Positions 36,755 to 50,118 of a stretch of DNA of 64,000 nucleotides are shown here, piece after piece. Below the pieces are notes generated by a model. That model saw only the letters and a program-made list of their open reading frames with translations, was not told the origin of the DNA and made no database searches. The stretch is from Hemiscyllium ocellatum (taxonomy: Eukaryota). Position numbers and translations under genes: made by a program. Numbering within the stretch: the stretch's first letter is position 1; every line of letters starts with the position of its first letter. The stretch is taken from the NCBI RefSeq assembly GCF_020745735.1, contig NC_083446.1:13184068-13248067 (forward strand), given 5' to 3'.

Positions 36755-37801
36755 TCACTGTGGTTTCTTGTGAACTTGTTGATGCGTCAGCAGATGCGAT
36801 GACTGAGTGAATCCCTTCCCACACTGGGAGCAGGTGAATGGCCTCTCTCCGGAGTGAATACGATGGTGCATCAGCAGGCTGGATGACTGAGTGAATCCTT
36901 TCCCGCACACGGAGCATGTGAACGGCTTCTCTCCAGTGTGCGTTCGCTGGTGTACGGTGAGTTGAGATGACTGCCTGAACCCAGTCCCACAGTGAGAGCA
37001 TCTGAACGGTCTCTGGTCAGTGTGAACCCTTTGGTGGGATGTCAATTCCTTGGAGGTTTTGTAGCGCTTCCCGCAGTCCGGGCATTTAAAAACTCTCTCG
37101 TCGGTGTGAATGCGCTGGTGGGTCAGCAGCTGGGATGACTGAGTGAACCTCTTCCCACAGTCTGGACAGGTGAACGGTCTCTCCCCGGTGTGAACTCGCT
37201 GGTGTGTCAGCAAATTGGAAGAACAAGTGAAGCCCTTCCCACAGTCGGAGCAGGTGAACGGTCTCTCGCCTGTGTGGCTGCGCCGATGCGTTTCCACCTC
37301 AGATGGGGATTTGAATCCCTTTCCACAGTCACCACATTTCCACGGCCTCTCCCCACTGTGTCTGCATTTATGCTCTGAGAGGTCGGATGGTTGGCTGAAG
37401 CCCTGTCCACAGATGGAACATGCGTACAGTGTCTCCCCCATGTGAGTGCTTTGGTGTCTGTGCAAGTTGAACAACTGAATAAATCCCTTCCCGCATTTGG
37501 AGCAGGTGAACGGCCTCTCCCCGGTGTGACTGCGGCGATGAGCCTGCAGCCATGACGGGTGAATGAATCCCTTCCCACACTCGGGGCAGGTGAACGGCCT
37601 CTCCTCCGTGTGACTGCGCTGGTGGATCTCCAGTTGGGACGGGTGACTGAATCCTTTCCCACAGTCCCCACATTTCCACGGCCTCTCCCCAGTGTGACTA
37701 CGCTTGTGTCGCGACAGACCTGATGACTGGCTGAAGCCTCGCCCACACAAAGAACATTTGTATGGTTTCCCACCAAGGTGAATGCTACTTTTTCCTTCCA
37801 T
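36755..37801 (-). CDS. C2H2 zinc-finger protein, 12 fingers, no KRAB (ZNF gene 3)
   Basis: 348-aa intact [19 protein letters not shown]..; acceptor cttctgccttag gives exon start at ~37872. Confidence 0.93.
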   Translation of the reverse strand: MEGKSSIHLGGKPYKCSLCGRGFSQSSGLSRHKRSHTGERPWKCGDCGKGFSHPSQLEIHQRSHTEERPFTCPECGKGFIHPSWLQAHRRSHTGERPFTCSKCGKGFIQLFNLHRHQSTHMGETLYACSICGQGFSQPSDLSEHKCRHSGERPWKCGDCGKGFKSPSEVETHRRSHTGERPFTCSDCGKGFTCSSNLLTHQRVHTGERPFTCPDCGKRFTQSSQLLTHQRIHTDERVFKCPDCGKRYKTSKELTSHQRVHTDQRPFRCSHCGTGFRQSSQLTVHQRTHTGEKPFTCSVCGKGFTQSSSLLMHHRIHSGERPFTCSQCGKGFTQSSHLLTHQQVHKKPQ

Positions 37802-38464
37802 GTTCCATAGTACCTGAAATGACAGTTACTTTGAATCTCTCAGCTCCAATTTCGCCATCCTGTGACAATAATCTAAGGCAGAAGAAAGGGAGCGAGAGAC
37901 AATCCACGTAAACATGAAGGCAGGCTATGAAACAGAGCCTAACATTTTGTGGGGTCTGCTCTGGGAAGAGTCGCCCAATTATCATTAAACATTAATGTCC
38001 TTCAGGAAAAGAAACCTGCCACCCAGTCTGTGCCTACAGTGTTAGGGCTGTCCCATAACATTACAGCATAAAAATGGCCGACAACAGCCGCAACAAGTTT
38101 TGCGGTACATGTTTAACAGAAATTATAAAGTGGGAGAGGCATTTATTTAACGTGTTCTCAGAACAGAGGACAATAGCGGTCTGTTTACTACAGTCAGATT
38201 GAATGTGCAACATTCTTTGCTATCCTAAAGATAAGAACATTTCATACAAGATAGTTAGTTATTTTAAGTATTTTTCTAATCCATTAGTTATAATACAAGT
38301 AGGTTTTAATTAAGGTTTGTCAACATGATTATAAATCTAAGATTATTTTTATAGGAAGATATATGAATAACTAAAATATTACTAAAGTTAGGTTTGCAAC
38401 TAATAGGGTGGGGCCTCCCTATCTCTTATCAAGGACAGCAACTATGAGAATTGGAATGGTGAGA

Positions 38465-39415
38465 AATAAGACCATAAGACAAAGGAGCAGAAATTAGGCC
38501 ATTCAGCCCATCAAGTCTGCTCTGCCATTCAATCATGGCTGGAAGTTTCTCAACTCCATTCTCCTGCTTTCTCCCTGTAACCCTTAATCCCCTTGACAAT
38601 CCAGAACCTATCTATCTCTGTCTTTAACATATTAATGACCTGTCCCCCACAGCCTTCTGTGGCAGTGAATTCCATAGATTCCCCACTCACTGGCTGAAGA
38701 AGTTTCTCCTTATCTCCATTCGAAAGGGCCTTCCCTTTACACGAAGGCTATACCCTCGGGTCCTGGTCTCTCCTACCAATGGAAGCATCTTCCCAACATC
38801 CACTCCATCTAAATCATTCACTATTCTGTAAATGCCTATTAGATCCCACCTAATCCTTCTAAACTCCACCAACTATAGACACAGAGTCTTCAAACATTCC
38901 TCGTATGTGAAGCTCTTCATTCTTGGGACCATTCTAGTGAACCTCCTCTGAACACGCTCCAAGGCCAGTACATCCTTCCTGAGATATGCGGCCTAAAACT
39001 GTGCACAATACTCCAAATGTGGTCTGACCAGAGCCTTATAGAGCCTCAGACATACAAACTTACTTTTATATTCAAGTCCTTTCAAAATAAATGCCATAAT
39101 TTCATTTGCCTTCCTAACTACTGACTCAACTGCAAGTTTACCTAGAGAGGATCCTAGACTAGAATTCCTAAGTCTCTTTGCACCTCAGACTTCTGAATTT
39201 TCTCCCCACTTAGAAAACAGTCCATACCTCTATTCTTTCGACCAAAGTGCATGACCTCACACTTTCCCACGTTGTACTCCATCTACCATTTCTTTGCCCA
39301 CTTTCCAAACTTGTCCAAATCCTTCTGCAGCCTCCCTGCCTCCTCAATGCTACCCGTCCCTCTATCCATCTTTGTACCACCTGCAAACTTAGCCAGAATG
39401 CCCTTAGTTCCTTCA
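38465..39415 (-). mobile_element. CR1 3' fragment (second subfamily)
   Basis: EFRRIRWDLIGIYRI..GETRTRGYSL..RRNFFSQ; related copy at 45130-45680. Confidence 0.85.
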
Positions 39416-40424
39416 TCTCAACCTCATAGGAGACTTACAAAATAGCAGGCGCAGACATCATAGTTGAGAGATATGAGGTCACAAGCAACCATGGAAAGTT
39501 CCGTTCCTCACATACCAAAAGGGACCCATTCAGGTCATAGCAACAAGATCACTATTGAATGATGTGCTGGGAATCCAATCACAGTTGAACAACCCAGCAC
39601 TAATTAACAAATAGTATACATGGGGAGGGAATAAGTGCTGCCATGTTAATATTACAAGAAAAATGTATAGAAGTTATTTTACTTGAAGTTGAAATTAGAC
39701 TGTCATTGACTTCTGATCAGAGCTGCAGATTAAGAGGGTAATTGAGCCCTCATGTCGAGGCCCAATTCAGGGGGCAGTCTTTGACCTCTCTTTGTATTGC
39801 ACCAGTGGAATATATGAATAAAATTGCCACATACCTCAAGCTCTGCTGTCTCCTGATCTCATCTCTGGAAAGATTTGCTCCAACACATAGGGATTTGGAA
39901 CTTAGGAACAGGAAGGCATTCAGTCTTTCGAGCTCTGCCATTCAATAAATGATGACTGGTCTGTTTGTGGTTTTAATTCCAGTCTCCCATCTGGCCTCAA
40001 ATGCACTTGTCTATGAAAGATAAATTTAAAGACCCAAGATCCACTGTCTTTTGAGGAAGAGGATTGCATACACAAGCCTCCATGAGAGACAAAAAATCCT
40101 TGTGTCCAATTTAAAAAGGAGACCCCTTATTCTTAAAGTAGTTCTAGGCTCCCCAAGACAGGAAACATCCTCATGGTATACACTCTATCCAATCCCCTCA
40201 CCTTTTTACATGTCTGTCATTCTTTTAAATTCTGTTGGATATAAGCCTAACTGCTGCTTAACCTTTCCTAAAAGCAACCTTCATCTTAGAAATGAGACAA
40301 GTGGTCCTTCTCTGAATTACTTCAAAAGTAAATACATCTAGTTCCAAATAAGGAAAGCAAAACTGTTTGCACCCACCAGATGTGGTCCCATCAATACCCT
40401 GTACAGCTGCAGAAAAATCACTCA

Positions 40425-40498
40425 GGTGGCATGGTGGCTCAGTGGTTAACACTGCTGCCTCAGTGATGGGAACCTGGGTTCAATTCCAGCCTCAGGGG

Positions 40499-40567
<69 letters not shown>

Positions 40568-40832
40568 TTTGCACATTCTCCCTGTCTGCATGGGTTTCCA
40601 CCAGGTGCTCAGATTTCCTCCCACAAGTCAAAGATGTGCAGGTTAGGGTGAATTGGACATGCTAAATTGCCCATAGTATTCAGAGATTTGTAGGTTGGGT
40701 GCATTAGTCGGGGGTAAATATAGGATAATAGGGTAGAGGAATGCATCTGGGTGGGTTACTCTTCGGAGGATTGGTGTGACCTTGTTGGGCTGAAGGGCCT
40801 GTTTCACACTGTAGAGATTCTATGATTCTAAT
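40425..40832 (+). mobile_element. HE1-type SINE with expanded internal (TG)n
   Basis: SINE head and tail; (TG)~32 at 40501-40565 grown from the consensus tgtctgtgtgg. Confidence 0.88.
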
Positions 40833-41014
40833 TCTTCTTTTCTAACAAACACCACACCACTTGCTTCCTGATGACTTGCCAGACCTGCATACTAACTGTA
40901 GGAGATATGTACCAGGACACCAAGATCCCTCTATACTGAAGAATACTACAATCTTTCAGTTCTAATAGCATTCCAGTTTTCTATTCTTCAAAGTGGACAA
41001 GTTCACATTTAGCC

Positions 41015-42160
41015 TTGTCACAGCCTTGGTTCAAACATGGACAAAAGAGCTGAATTCCAGAGGTGGACGAAAAGTCACTGCCCTTGCAATCCAGGCCACA
41101 CTTGATCCAAGAGCCCGAGCAATGTGAATCAGAGGAAGTCTCTCCACTGGTTGGAATCATACCTGGCACACAGGAAGGTGGTTGTGGTTATTGGAGGCCA
41201 GTGTTCTCAGCTTCAGGGCATGTCTGCAAGAGTTCCTCAACGCGGCTGTCCTAGGCTCAACCATCATCATCAATGCTTCATTGATGACCTTTCCTCCATC
41301 ATAAGATGAGAAGTGGGGATATTCAGCGATGATTGCACAATACCCAGCACCATTCGCAACTCCTCAGATACTGAAGCAATCACAAGATCTGGACAATGTC
41401 CAGGCTGGGTCTGAAAAGTGGCAAGTAACATTCAAGCCACACAAACGCCAGGCAATGACCATCTCCAATAAGAGACCGTCATCCCTTGACATTCATTAGT
41501 GTCACCATCACTGAATATCCCACTATTAACATCCTGGGGATTACCACTGAACAGAAACTGGACTGGTCATATAAATACAGTGGCTACAAGAACAAATCAG
41601 AAGCGAGGAATACTTGAGTGAGTAACTCACCTCCTTATTCCCCAAAGCACGTCCACAATGCACAAGTCAGGATTGTGATGGAATACTCCCCAGAAGCCTG
41701 TATGAGTGCAGTTCTAACAACACTCAGGAAGCTTGACACCATCCAAGACAATGCAACCTTTTTGACTGACACCACATACAGTCAATAGCAGCAGAATGCA
41801 CAGTTGACAAAATTCACTGCAGTAATTCATTTTTAATAAGGCTCCTTAGACAGCATCTTCCAAACCTACAACCACTGCTATCTACAACAAGGGCAGCAGA
41901 TATTTGGGAACTGGGAATATCTGCAAGTACTCCTCCAAGTCACTCACCATCCTGACTTAGAAATATATCATCGCTCCTTCAGTATTGCTTAGTCAAAATC
42001 TTGGAACTCCCTCTCTGAGTGCATTACAGGTTTACCAACAGCACTTGGGTTATCGTGGTTCAAGAAGGCAGTTCACCACCACTTTCTCAAGGAAACTAGG
42101 GATGAGCAGTATATGCTGGCTGACTGAGCGAAGCCCAAATCTTGTGAATGAATGAAAAAT
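41015..42160 (+). mobile_element. LINE family B (CR1/L2 group) RT 3' half and tail
   Basis: LVQTWTKELNSRG, WLESYLAHRKVVVV, FIDDLSSIIR, FSDDCT; tail shared with SINE family B. Confidence 0.8.
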
Positions 42161-43609
42161 ATATTCCATCTGACAAATTTCTGCCCACTCACTCAACTGC
42201 TCATGACCATTACAAGGGCATGGGTACAAGGAGATCACAGTTGGAGACTTGTATAATCAGGGTGTGGTGCTGAAAAGACACAGCACCACACTCTCAACTC
42301 TGATCTCCAGTCCTCACTTTCTCCTTATATATTCAGGGGTATGTGACTTTTCAAACGGACAGGCAGGAAGCAAAGGTGGTGTGGTAGCTTTGTTAGCCGT
42401 GGGATGGAATAAGTACAATAGCAAGAAAGGATCTTGAATCGGCAGGTGTAGAATCCATATGTGTGGAGGTTAAAAACTAACAAAGGGAAGGCGGTACTGG
42501 TGGAACACAGGAATTAAGAGCAGGAGAGGTAATTCAGCCCTTCAGCCCTGCCCCACCATTTAACATGATCATGGTTGATCTTACCCTGGTCTTCATTCTA
42601 CTCTTCTACCTGCTCCCTGTATCCTTTTACCCTTCTTTTCAACAGAAACATACCTATTTCTTTCTTGATTAATCCTACCTCCATTGCTCTCAGGGGCAGT
42701 GAGTTCCACAGGTTCACAACCCTCAGAGAAGTAGCTTCTCCTCATTCAGTTTTGAAGCTACCTCCTCTCACTCTGAGAGTATGACCTGTTGTTCGACACA
42801 AGGGGGAACATCTGATCAACATCCACTTGATCAATCCCCCTTTAGCATTTTATGTACCTCAATTAGATCCCCCTCATTCTTCTGAACATCAGAGTGTACA
42901 AGCCCAAGCTATTTAACCACTCATTGTACAACAGCCCTTTCATCCCTGGAATCGACCTGGTGAGCCTCCTCTGAACTGCCTTCAGTGCCACCACATCCTT
43001 CCTCAATTAAGCAGACTAAAACGGGACAAAATACTCCAGGTGTGCTCTCACCAATGCCTTATGTAACTGTGAGAACACTACTTTAAGAGGATCAGTCTGT
43101 ACGTCCCATTACAGTAGCTGCGCTGCAGGTCAGAGAATGCATCAGGGGATAATGACAGCAAGTGTATTTATTGTGGGTGTCTTTAATCTTCTCACACATT
43201 TGGAAATCAAATTGGAGAGGTAGCCACAAGGACATATTTATAGAGTATATTCAGGACTGTTTCTCAGGATGATGTGTTGTTTCTCCAAACAGGGATCAAG
43301 TTATTTTGAACCTGGTAACATGTAACAAGGCAAGTTTAATAAATGATCTTAGAATAAATTATTTCCTCAGGATACAGTGATCAAAATTTTCCATTTTCTT
43401 TCTCTTTCTTCTCGTGAATGATAGACAGCAAAATAAAATTAATCTGGTGGGACTTCATCGACTCTGGCCTCTAGTCGAGGAGAGTGTGTGTGGGAGAATC
43501 CAAGTGATGGAGAGGTTGGAGTGCCATAAATCATTAACCTCCACTGCCTAGGGTAGCATGGGGATGTGAATACCATCAGCTCCAAACTCTATCCCAAGTC
43601 ACATGTCAT

Positions 43610-43915
43610 CCTGACTTGTCTGACATCCAGTACTGGCTGAGCAGAAAATTCCTCCAATTAAATATCAGGAAAACTGAATCTGTTGTCCGTAGCTCCTGGT
43701 GGCAACGCCACTCCTGGCCATTGCCCTCACACCTCTCCCTGGGCAGTGACTCCCATCTCTCACCTTGGCAACTGTCCAAGGTGGATCAGATGGTTCACAA
43801 CAGCGTCAAACCACAGATCATCATCTTCTTCAGCAAGATCTCCCATTTCCATCTCAACACCATCACCTGACTCCACCCTCATTCCAGCTCTGCTGCTGCT
43901 GTAGAAACTCTCGCC
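43610..43915 (+). mobile_element. L2 LINE fragment
   Basis: DIQYWLSRKFLQLNIRKTE, typical of the L2 RT C-terminus. Confidence 0.65.
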
Positions 43916-44497
43916 TCTCTCTCAGATGAAGGGATGCTTACTCAATTAACTTAAGACACGATGATAATTGGAAACGTAAATTGTGAAGAGGGCATAAGGA
44001 GATTGCAATGGCGATTATGTAGGTTAAGTGAATGAACAAATATTTGGCAGAGTTAGATCATTCACTTTAGCAGAAAGAATAGGGAAGTGATATTTATTGA
44101 AATGCAGACAGATTGCAGCATCCTTAAGCAGAGAGGGATCCAACCACACCAAAACTTGAATCACGAAAAGGTTAGAATGCAGGCGCAGCAAGTAATTTGG
44201 AAGACAACTGGACTACAGCTTATTATAGCAGGGGAATGGAATAAAGAAGTGGGGATATTTTGTTACAGGTGTATAGGGCCCTACACACACAAAAAAACAG
44301 TATTGTGTTTGGTTTGGTCTTCCAATTTTTAAAACAGCATAAAGATTTATTTGACTGGAAGAAGAGGTCTTTTCATGAGGAAATGTCTGACAATATATAA
44401 GATCCTGAGGGGACTTCAGTAAGATATTGACTCTTATGAGAGAGACTAGAGCTAGGGCACAAATTCAAAAATAAGAGTTCTCGCATTTAAGACAGAG

Positions 44498-44876
44498 AGT
44501 CATAGAGATGTACAGCACAGAAACAAACCATTCAGTGCAACCCGTCCAAGCCGACCAGATATCCCAACTCAATCTAGTCCCACCTGCCAGCACCTGGCTT
44601 ATATCTCTCCAAACCCTTCCTATTCATATACCCATCCAAATGCCTCTTAAATGTTGCAATTGTACCAGCCTCCACCACTTCCTTTGGCAGCTCATTCCAC
44701 ATATGTACTACCCTCTGTGTGAAAACATTGCCCCTGAGGTCTCTTTTATATCTTTCCTCTCTCACCCTAAACCTATGCCCTCTAGTTCTGGACTCCCCGA
44801 TTCTAGGGAAAAGACTTTGTCGATTTACCCGATCCATACCCCTCATAATTTTGTAAACCTCCATAAGGTCACCCCT
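44498..44876 (-). mobile_element. CR1 3' fragment
   Basis: ORF 44574-44864. Confidence 0.9.
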
Positions 44877-46659
44877 TTGGCGAGAATTGATTTTTTAACT
44901 CGAGGATTGGAGATCTAACGTAGTCTCTTCCACAGAGTGCAGTTGAGGCAGGGTCATTGGATACTTTTGAGGCAGAGGTAGATTCTTTTATTTTGGGCCT
45001 CAAATACAAGTCCTGAATATAAATAAATATAATCTTAACACAGGGCGGAAGTGGGTACTGCAGATGGTGGAGATAAGAGTCAAAATTAGAGTGGTGCTGG
45101 AAAAGCACACCATACTCTTAACACAGCTTAGACCATAAAACTATTGGACATAGGAGCAGAAATTAGGCCATTTGGCCCATCGAGTCTGCTCTGCCATTTA
45201 ATCATGGATGATAAGGTTTTTCAACCCCATTTTCCTGCTATCTCCCCATAACTTTTGATCCCCTTGGCAATCAAGAACCTACTTCTGTTTTAAATATACT
45301 CGATGACCCGGCCTCCGCAGCCTTCTGTGGAAAAGAATTCCAAAGATTTGCCACTCTCTGGTTAAAGACATTTCTCAAGTCCGTTTTAAAAAGAGTCCTC
45401 TCCTTTCTCTAAGGTTGTGCCCTTGGGTCCTTGTCTCGCCTGCTAACGGAGACATCTTTGCAACATCCCCTCTGTCCAGGCCGTTCAGTATTCTGAAAGT
45501 TTCAATCAGATCCCCCCCCATCCTTCTAAAATTAATTGAGTACAATCCCTGAGTCCTCAAACATTCCTCATATGATAAGCTTTTCATTCCTGGGATCATT
45601 CTCATAAACCTCTTCTGGATCCATTCCAGGGTCAATACATCTTTCCTGAGGTATGGGGCCCAAAATTGCTCACAATACTCTCAAAACCTCTGGTTTCAGC
45701 AAAGGGTATAATCTAGAAGATGGCGTTGAGGATACAATCAGATCAGCAATGGTCTTGTCAACTAACCAGAGAGGCAAAAGGGCAGCCTTACGCTCCTAAT
45801 TTGCAATAGTACCATTACTATCTAGTTCTACTCTTCATACTTTTGGAAAGATGATGTTCATTGAGAAGGTGCAAAGATGGTCGGACTAAAGAAATTGAAA
45901 GGACAGTTAGTAAAATATACATGACAAGTTTAGATAAAGGTAGATAAAAAGTTTTTTTCCATTAGGTGATGGTACAAGGATTGGATTTAACGGTTTTTAA
46001 AGGAGAATTCCATTTACCTTTCCTAAGCTATGTTGCCCAGACCTCAACAAACTTAAGGGTGGCTCACGTCCTGGTGGTAATATCACTCAACCATTAATCC
46101 AGAAACTCAGCTAATATTCTGCGGACAATGGTTTGAATATCACCACGGCAGATACTAGAATTGAATTCGACAAATAAAAATCTGGAATTAAGAATCTACT
46201 GCGACCATTCCCGATTGTCAGAGAAACCCAATCTGGCTCACTAATGTCCTTCAGAGAAGGATCATTCTCACCTGGTCTGGCCTATGCTCCAACTCTCAAC
46301 TTGCCCTCTGGGCAATTAAGGATGGTCAATGAATGCTGGCCTAACCTGCGACGCCCACCTCCTGCGAGTGAATGAAAAACAAGAAAGTTTATCCGGGTGT
46401 GATCTAAACAGGGTTGGAATAATTTGGAGTATTCTCTCGTCACAGGACACCTGAGATCCTTTCCCACAGACAGGTTTCCTCCACTGTCCAAGGTCTGTAA
46501 TTCAGGTCCTAGAGGATCAAGTGTCTTTATCAGAGTGTTTTAAACAAAAAAAAATTCGTTCACAGGATGTGGGTGTCGTTGGCGAATTCAGCATTTATTG
46601 TTCAGCTGTGTGTAAATGCTCTTCCCCTAACCCCTCCCTGTAAAAAAAGAGAACACATA

Positions 46660-47230
46660 TGGGGTCCTGAACCTTATTGCCCCCAATAAAGATGGCAGCC
46701 ACCAAGGCGCCTTGCTGAACACCGCCCCCGATAAAGATGGTGGCGGTCACACGGTCTAGGCCAGTTCCTGCTGCCCAGCTTGGGCGCAAATTTGAAACGA
46801 GTAGTTTATAATTCAGAAATACATGACTCAATGGATTATTTATAAAAGGTCTCTTGCATACCCTAATTTCTGCTTCATTCTTCAGCTCAACTTTACCCTT
46901 CACCCGTTTCCACCTCCTCCGGCATTTGCGCCCGCCCGTAATCCATCACAACAATATCGCACGTGATCGTGGCGATAGTCACGTGGTTTCGGATCGTTTT
47001 TATCCGCCCCCTCTCATTCGTTCTGATTGGTTGGAGGACCAGCTGCCTCGCGTTCGGTCCTCCAACCTGCCCCTTGTTCACTGCCATTGATTGGAGGACC
47101 AGCTGCCCCGCGTTCGTTCCTCCAGCCTGCCCCTCATTCACTCTCATTGGCTGGAGGACCAGTTGTCACCGTTCGGTCCTCCAGTCCCGCCCCTCATTCA
47201 CTCCCATTGGTTGGGGAGCCAAACGCTGTC
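46660..47230 (-). promoter_or_regulatory. CpG promoter P3 (probable promoter and first exon of ZNF gene 3)
   Basis: E-boxes cacgtg at ~46960 and ~46980; YY1-like aagatggc at 46690 and aagatggtggcg at ~46734; donor-like gaagg/gtaaag at ~46896; 60-bp GC/CCAAT array. Confidence 0.72.
47003..47220. repeat. 60-bp tandem repeat, ~3.6 copies
   Basis: tggaggacc at 47032, 47092, 47152 (variant at 47212); exact 60-bp period. Confidence 0.92.
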
Positions 47231-47234
47231 GCTG

Positions 47235-47480
47235 CTGGTGAAAGAATCTGGCAGCACCTGTGGAGGTGAATCAGAGTTAATGTTTCAGGTCTAGTGACCC
47301 CTTCCTCAGAACTGATGGTAACTCGGAAAATGTCGGTTTATATGCAGAAGATGGGTGAGGGGTAAGGGGTAAAGGGTAGTTGGGGATAAAACCCAAAGAG
47401 AGAGAGACAGAAGTTCTGAGAAAAGGTCACTCGACTCGAAGCATTAACTCTGATTTCTCTCCACAGATGCTGACAGACTG
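47235..47480. mobile_element. Inverted pLTR pair, HHR family 2
   Basis: Minus-strand agttctgaggaaggggtcactagacctgaaacattaact; plus-strand agttctgagaaaaggtcactcgactcgaagcattaact. Confidence 0.75.
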
Positions 47481-48089
47481 TGTTATCACAACAATAAAGG
47501 TGTTCGACTCTTTAGAATCACGGAAAGACCATTTAAAAAATTTCATCAAATTTAAGACCAAGTATTTCAGGGAGAACAGTGCGACTAATGTGTTGGGAGG
47601 TTGACAGAGGACAGGGTGTACTCCATACACTAGCAAATAAAAAGCTTAGAAGCAGACTGTGAACACCTTTATTGTTGTTGCAACCTCCTTTGTGTCCTTT
47701 ATGTTATTCTATTGTGATGGTCTTTGAATCACACCTGAAATGTGGAGCTCATACCATCCAGAAACATATGAGTTCGAAGCTTTGACAAAGGGTCAGTTAG
47801 ATTCGAAACGTCAGCTCTTTTCTCTCCTTACAGATGCCGCCAGACCTGCTGAGATTTTCCAGCATTTTCTCTTTATGGCTGAGAGGATTGTTACCTTACC
47901 TCCACGTTTCCACTACCAAGAAAACATCTACCTCTGCCTTAAATATAGTCAATGAGTCTCACTGCCTTTTAAAGAAAGGAATTACAAAGGTTCACATCCT
48001 TTTGCAAAATGAGATCTTCTAATCTCTATTGTAAGTGAAAGACCCTTAATTCTAAACAGTGACCCCCTTATTCTAGGTTTTCTCACAAA

Positions 48090-48580
48090 AGATTTTTATA
48101 GGTGCATCATAGAAAGTATTCTTTCCGAATGCATCACAGCTTGGTATGGCAACTACTATGCCCAGGTCTGTAAGAAACTACACAGAGTTGTAAACACGGC
48201 CCAATCCATCACCCAAGACAATGTTCTATCCATTGACTCCATCAATACCTCTTGTTGCCTCAGAAAGGCAGCCAACATAATCAAAGATCCCTCCCATCCT
48301 GGTTATAATCTCTTCCAGCTCTTCTGTCAGGCAGAAGATACAAAAGCTTAAATACATGTACCATCAGATTTAAGAACAGCTTCCTCCATGCTGTTATTAG
48401 ATATCTGAATGGACCTCTGAAATTTCAAATTTAATGTTGACCTCGCTCTATGAGCACCTTCTCTGCAGCTGTAACATTGTATTCCTCACTCTGTTCTATT
48501 ACCCTTGTACACTTTGTATGTATGATATGCTTGTATTGCATGCACCTAGGTACATGCAACAATAATAAATCAAATTATTA
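48090..48580 (+). mobile_element. Rex1/Babar-type LINE 3' fragment
   Basis: FYRCIIESILSECITAWYGN..KKLHRVVNTAQSI. Confidence 0.8.
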
Positions 48581-50118
48581 AAAATCTCTACAATTGAAAG
48601 ATAACCTTCCTACTTTTGAAATCAATTCCCCTCAGAAGCAATGATAATATTCTATTAACTTTCCTAATTACTTGGTCTACTTGTGTTCTAACCAGAAGGT
48701 CCATTTCCAGTACAGCCTGCCCTAGAGGTGTTACATAACATATCGAACAGATCGACTGAAGCTAATTTAAAAGGGGCCTATGATGCACTGGTTGTGTTCC
48801 TACCTGACTGTTTAAAAGAAGTACCAGGTTCATGTCCCACTACAGGATGCGATGGGCAGTGAGTTGTATTATAATATGTTCAAACAGATTTAAATAATAT
48901 CATTCTCCAAGAAATGGGACACTCAGCTACCTCTTCATGACAGAGTTCTGCAATCTCTCAACACATAGATAATACACTTTTCTATTTTTCTTGCCAAAAT
49001 AGACAACTTCACATTTTTCAACATTATTCCCTATTTACCAGACCTTAGCCCACTCATTTAACCTATCCACATCCTTATGTAGCCTCCTTATGTCCTCTTT
49101 AAAGTTTACCTTCCATAGAGAAGATGGTTGTCATGAAAGTGCAGCAGTTGAGGGGACATTTAGCGTTTGGCAGTTTGGCTGTGATTCCATCCTTCCTCAG
49201 CAACTGATGGCCTGCTTCAGCTCAAGTAATGAAGGGTCCTTCTGCAACTCAGCCAAGACAGAAAGCTGATGTAGTTGTGAGGAGATAAGAAGTTGTCTGT
49301 CTCATGGGGGTACAGTTCATAAGTGTTCTGTCACAGGGGAAACTTTGATCATGGTAGGACTGAGTGCCCTCTGATCCCATCATACATAGCACATAGATTT
49401 CCACCGTCACAAACAGTTTGGATTTCTAAATATGGTTGACCCAGTGTTTATTTGCACATTTATCTCTTTATCTTTTGTACAACTGACTGGCTCCTTTCAA
49501 GGGAATGCAATGTGCTAGCTATTAGATTTCTGTTGTGCATCAGGTAGACTTTGATTTTTGTTTCAATAACAGATTTCATCCTTGTGGAGTAGGTCTCAGA
49601 CCAGTCTTTGCTGTGGTTCCAATAGTGTTGCTTCTACTGTTACAAATGATTACAAATGATTGAAATCAATGACTTCCAAACTTTATTAATACAATGTGAA
49701 TGGATGAAACTTTTATTGATGTGCCTGTAAAACAATTCACTATGTTGTTTCATGTTCCTTAATAATTTAATTTCACCACAGAGATGCCACTAGATGGAAT
49801 GTGCAAGTCCTGAAAAGTTGTCAACACATGTTAATTAGCACTTTCTTATTGGAGATGTTAATTCGAGGAACCTTTCAGGGACTAATTAAAGATTCTGTAC
49901 CTACGAGGAACTTAGGATTGAAGTAAAACCACATAATTTTATTGTAAATGATGTCCTGATGAGAGTTCTCAATTTAAGGAGAAATATCACTCAAAGTCCT
50001 TTTTAAAGGGCAGCCCTCAAACTCAGTGTCACGTCCAGGATATCACATGCAAATATCACCTTTATCAATCATGGATGTGGTTAACAGCAGCAATAACAGC
50101 AGAATCCAAGCTCTGTGG

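Noticed and set aside
40367-40631. (CV)n and (TH)n ORFs
   Set aside because: Translations of a (TG)n microsatellite.
47003-47220. CRISPR-like palindromic repeat array
   Set aside because: The whole unit repeats with no unique spacers, there are no cas genes, and the context is vertebrate.
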